In this document: piece by piece, positions 22,033-22,443 of the stretch
Layout: the number at the start of each line of letters is the position of its first letter
How positions within the stretch are numbered: the first letter of the stretch is position 1
From: an uncultured Bacilli bacterium
GTDB lineage: Bacteria > Bacillota_I > Bacilli_A > RF39 > UBA660
Assembly (NCBI GenBank): GCA_910576795.1
Contig: CAJTIX010000022.1
Location: 1 to 22,443 of the forward strand
DNA: 22,443 nucleotides
Reading direction: 5' to 3'
Notes under the pieces: generated by a model
The model's input: only the letters and a program-made list of their open reading frames with translations
Told to the model about the DNA's origin: nothing
The model's database searches: none
Position numbers and translations under genes: made by a program

Positions 22033-22443
22033 ATGAAAAAAGAACATATCAAACAAATCCAGTTGTATATTTTAGAGGCTTTGTGTCATCCTATTGATAA
22101 TGGTATTTTGATATCTCTTTATTACCAAATTGGATATTATCTTTGCAATCATCATATTCCTACTGATACCTTTAAGGTATTAGAATGGGAATTGCAAAAA
22201 CAATATGGAATTGTAATTGGTTTTACAAAAAGAAATTTGATTTCTATGATGCATTTTTATCGTGCGTATTCCAAAATTGATTTTTCCTATATCAAATGTA
22301 TTACTTGGCATCAACATTTATATTTATTAAAAACAAGAAAATTGGCACGGAAAAAAATGCTGTTCATAAAGGGGAAGAATCCTTATCGATTGATTGTGTG
22401 TAAGAAAAAGTGTCTATTATTTATTCAAATTGATTATATGTTG
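22033..22443 (+). CDS. Partial ORF (open at the window end), DUF1016/YhcG N-terminal-domain-like
   Basis: RBS AAGGAG lies 6 nt before the ATG, and 137 codons follow without a stop. LISLYYQIGYYL...LEWELQKQYGIVIGFTKRNLISMMHFYRAY resembles the YhcG N-terminal domain (GFS.RNL..MR.FY..Y). It is absent from the ORF track, presumably because it has no stop. Confidence 0.45.
   Translation, partial: MKKEHIKQIQLYILEALCHPIDNGILISLYYQIGYYLCNHHIPTDTFKVLEWELQKQYGIVIGFTKRNLISMMHFYRAYSKIDFSYIKCITWHQHLYLLKTRKLARKKMLFIKGKNPYRLIVCKKKCLLFIQIDYML

Noticed and set aside
1-22443. CRISPR arrays, rRNA genes and IS elements with terminal inverted repeats.
   Set aside because: Reading the intergenic regions by eye, I saw none. 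The only multi-copy elements are the TR/VR pair and the short repeats at 16426-18266.

Overview
This is an AT-rich (about 30% GC by eye) Bacillota-type chromosomal segment; I cannot assign a species.

**Housekeeping block (1-7.9 kb).** It holds a partial Rpn-like nuclease gene, proS, a coiled-coil membrane protein, lspA, an rluD-type pseudouridine synthase, a TspO-like protein, a rhomboid protease, a DUF3048 protein and an HD hydrolase. It ends at tRNA-Arg(CCT), 7827-7902.

**Accessory region (about 10 kb).** It runs from that tRNA to tRNA-Thr(GGT) on the opposite strand (18260-18333). No integrase is present.

**Main result: a complete diversity-generating retroelement (DGR).**
- Its parts are an Avd-like four-helix protein (8456-9040), a 77-nt template repeat (TR, 9116-9192) and a DGR-type reverse transcriptase (9411-10442).
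- The matching variable repeat (VR, 10714-10790) differs from the TR at 11 positions, and every one is an adenine in the TR.
- The diversified gene is not a surface or phage-tail receptor. It encodes a signal-peptide-less protein with the VR near its N-terminus (codons 72-98), fused to a MoxR-like AAA+ ATPase.
- Two genes follow it closely: a Walker-A-less paralogue of half the AAA+ core (translationally coupled, 12430-12831) and an HExxH metallopeptidase-linker-VWA(MIDAS) protein (9 nt further on, 12841-14271).
- I read this as a candidate hypervariable intracellular sensor coupled to a MoxR/VWA/peptidase module. That function is inference only.

**Rest of the accessory region.**
- A putative LexA-box-controlled operon: unknown ORF, TfoX-N protein and a DUF1848 protein with a C-terminal CX3CX2C motif.
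- Two cassette-like minus-strand genes (peptidase-MA-like and GNAT) bounded by short direct repeats, one of which copies the tRNA-Thr 3' end.
- A type-I-toxin-like 27-aa hydrophobic ORF enclosed by a roughly 29-bp 5'/3' long-range helix that doubles as its terminator.

**Right end.** It returns to core-like genes: a PF06541-like membrane protein, queH, a lipoprotein and lexA with two Cheo-type SOS boxes. Diverging from lexA are an SOS-box-controlled 44-aa membrane ORF and a MazG-like gene. The window ends in a partial DUF1016-like ORF.

All family assignments come from motif recognition by eye; no searches were run.
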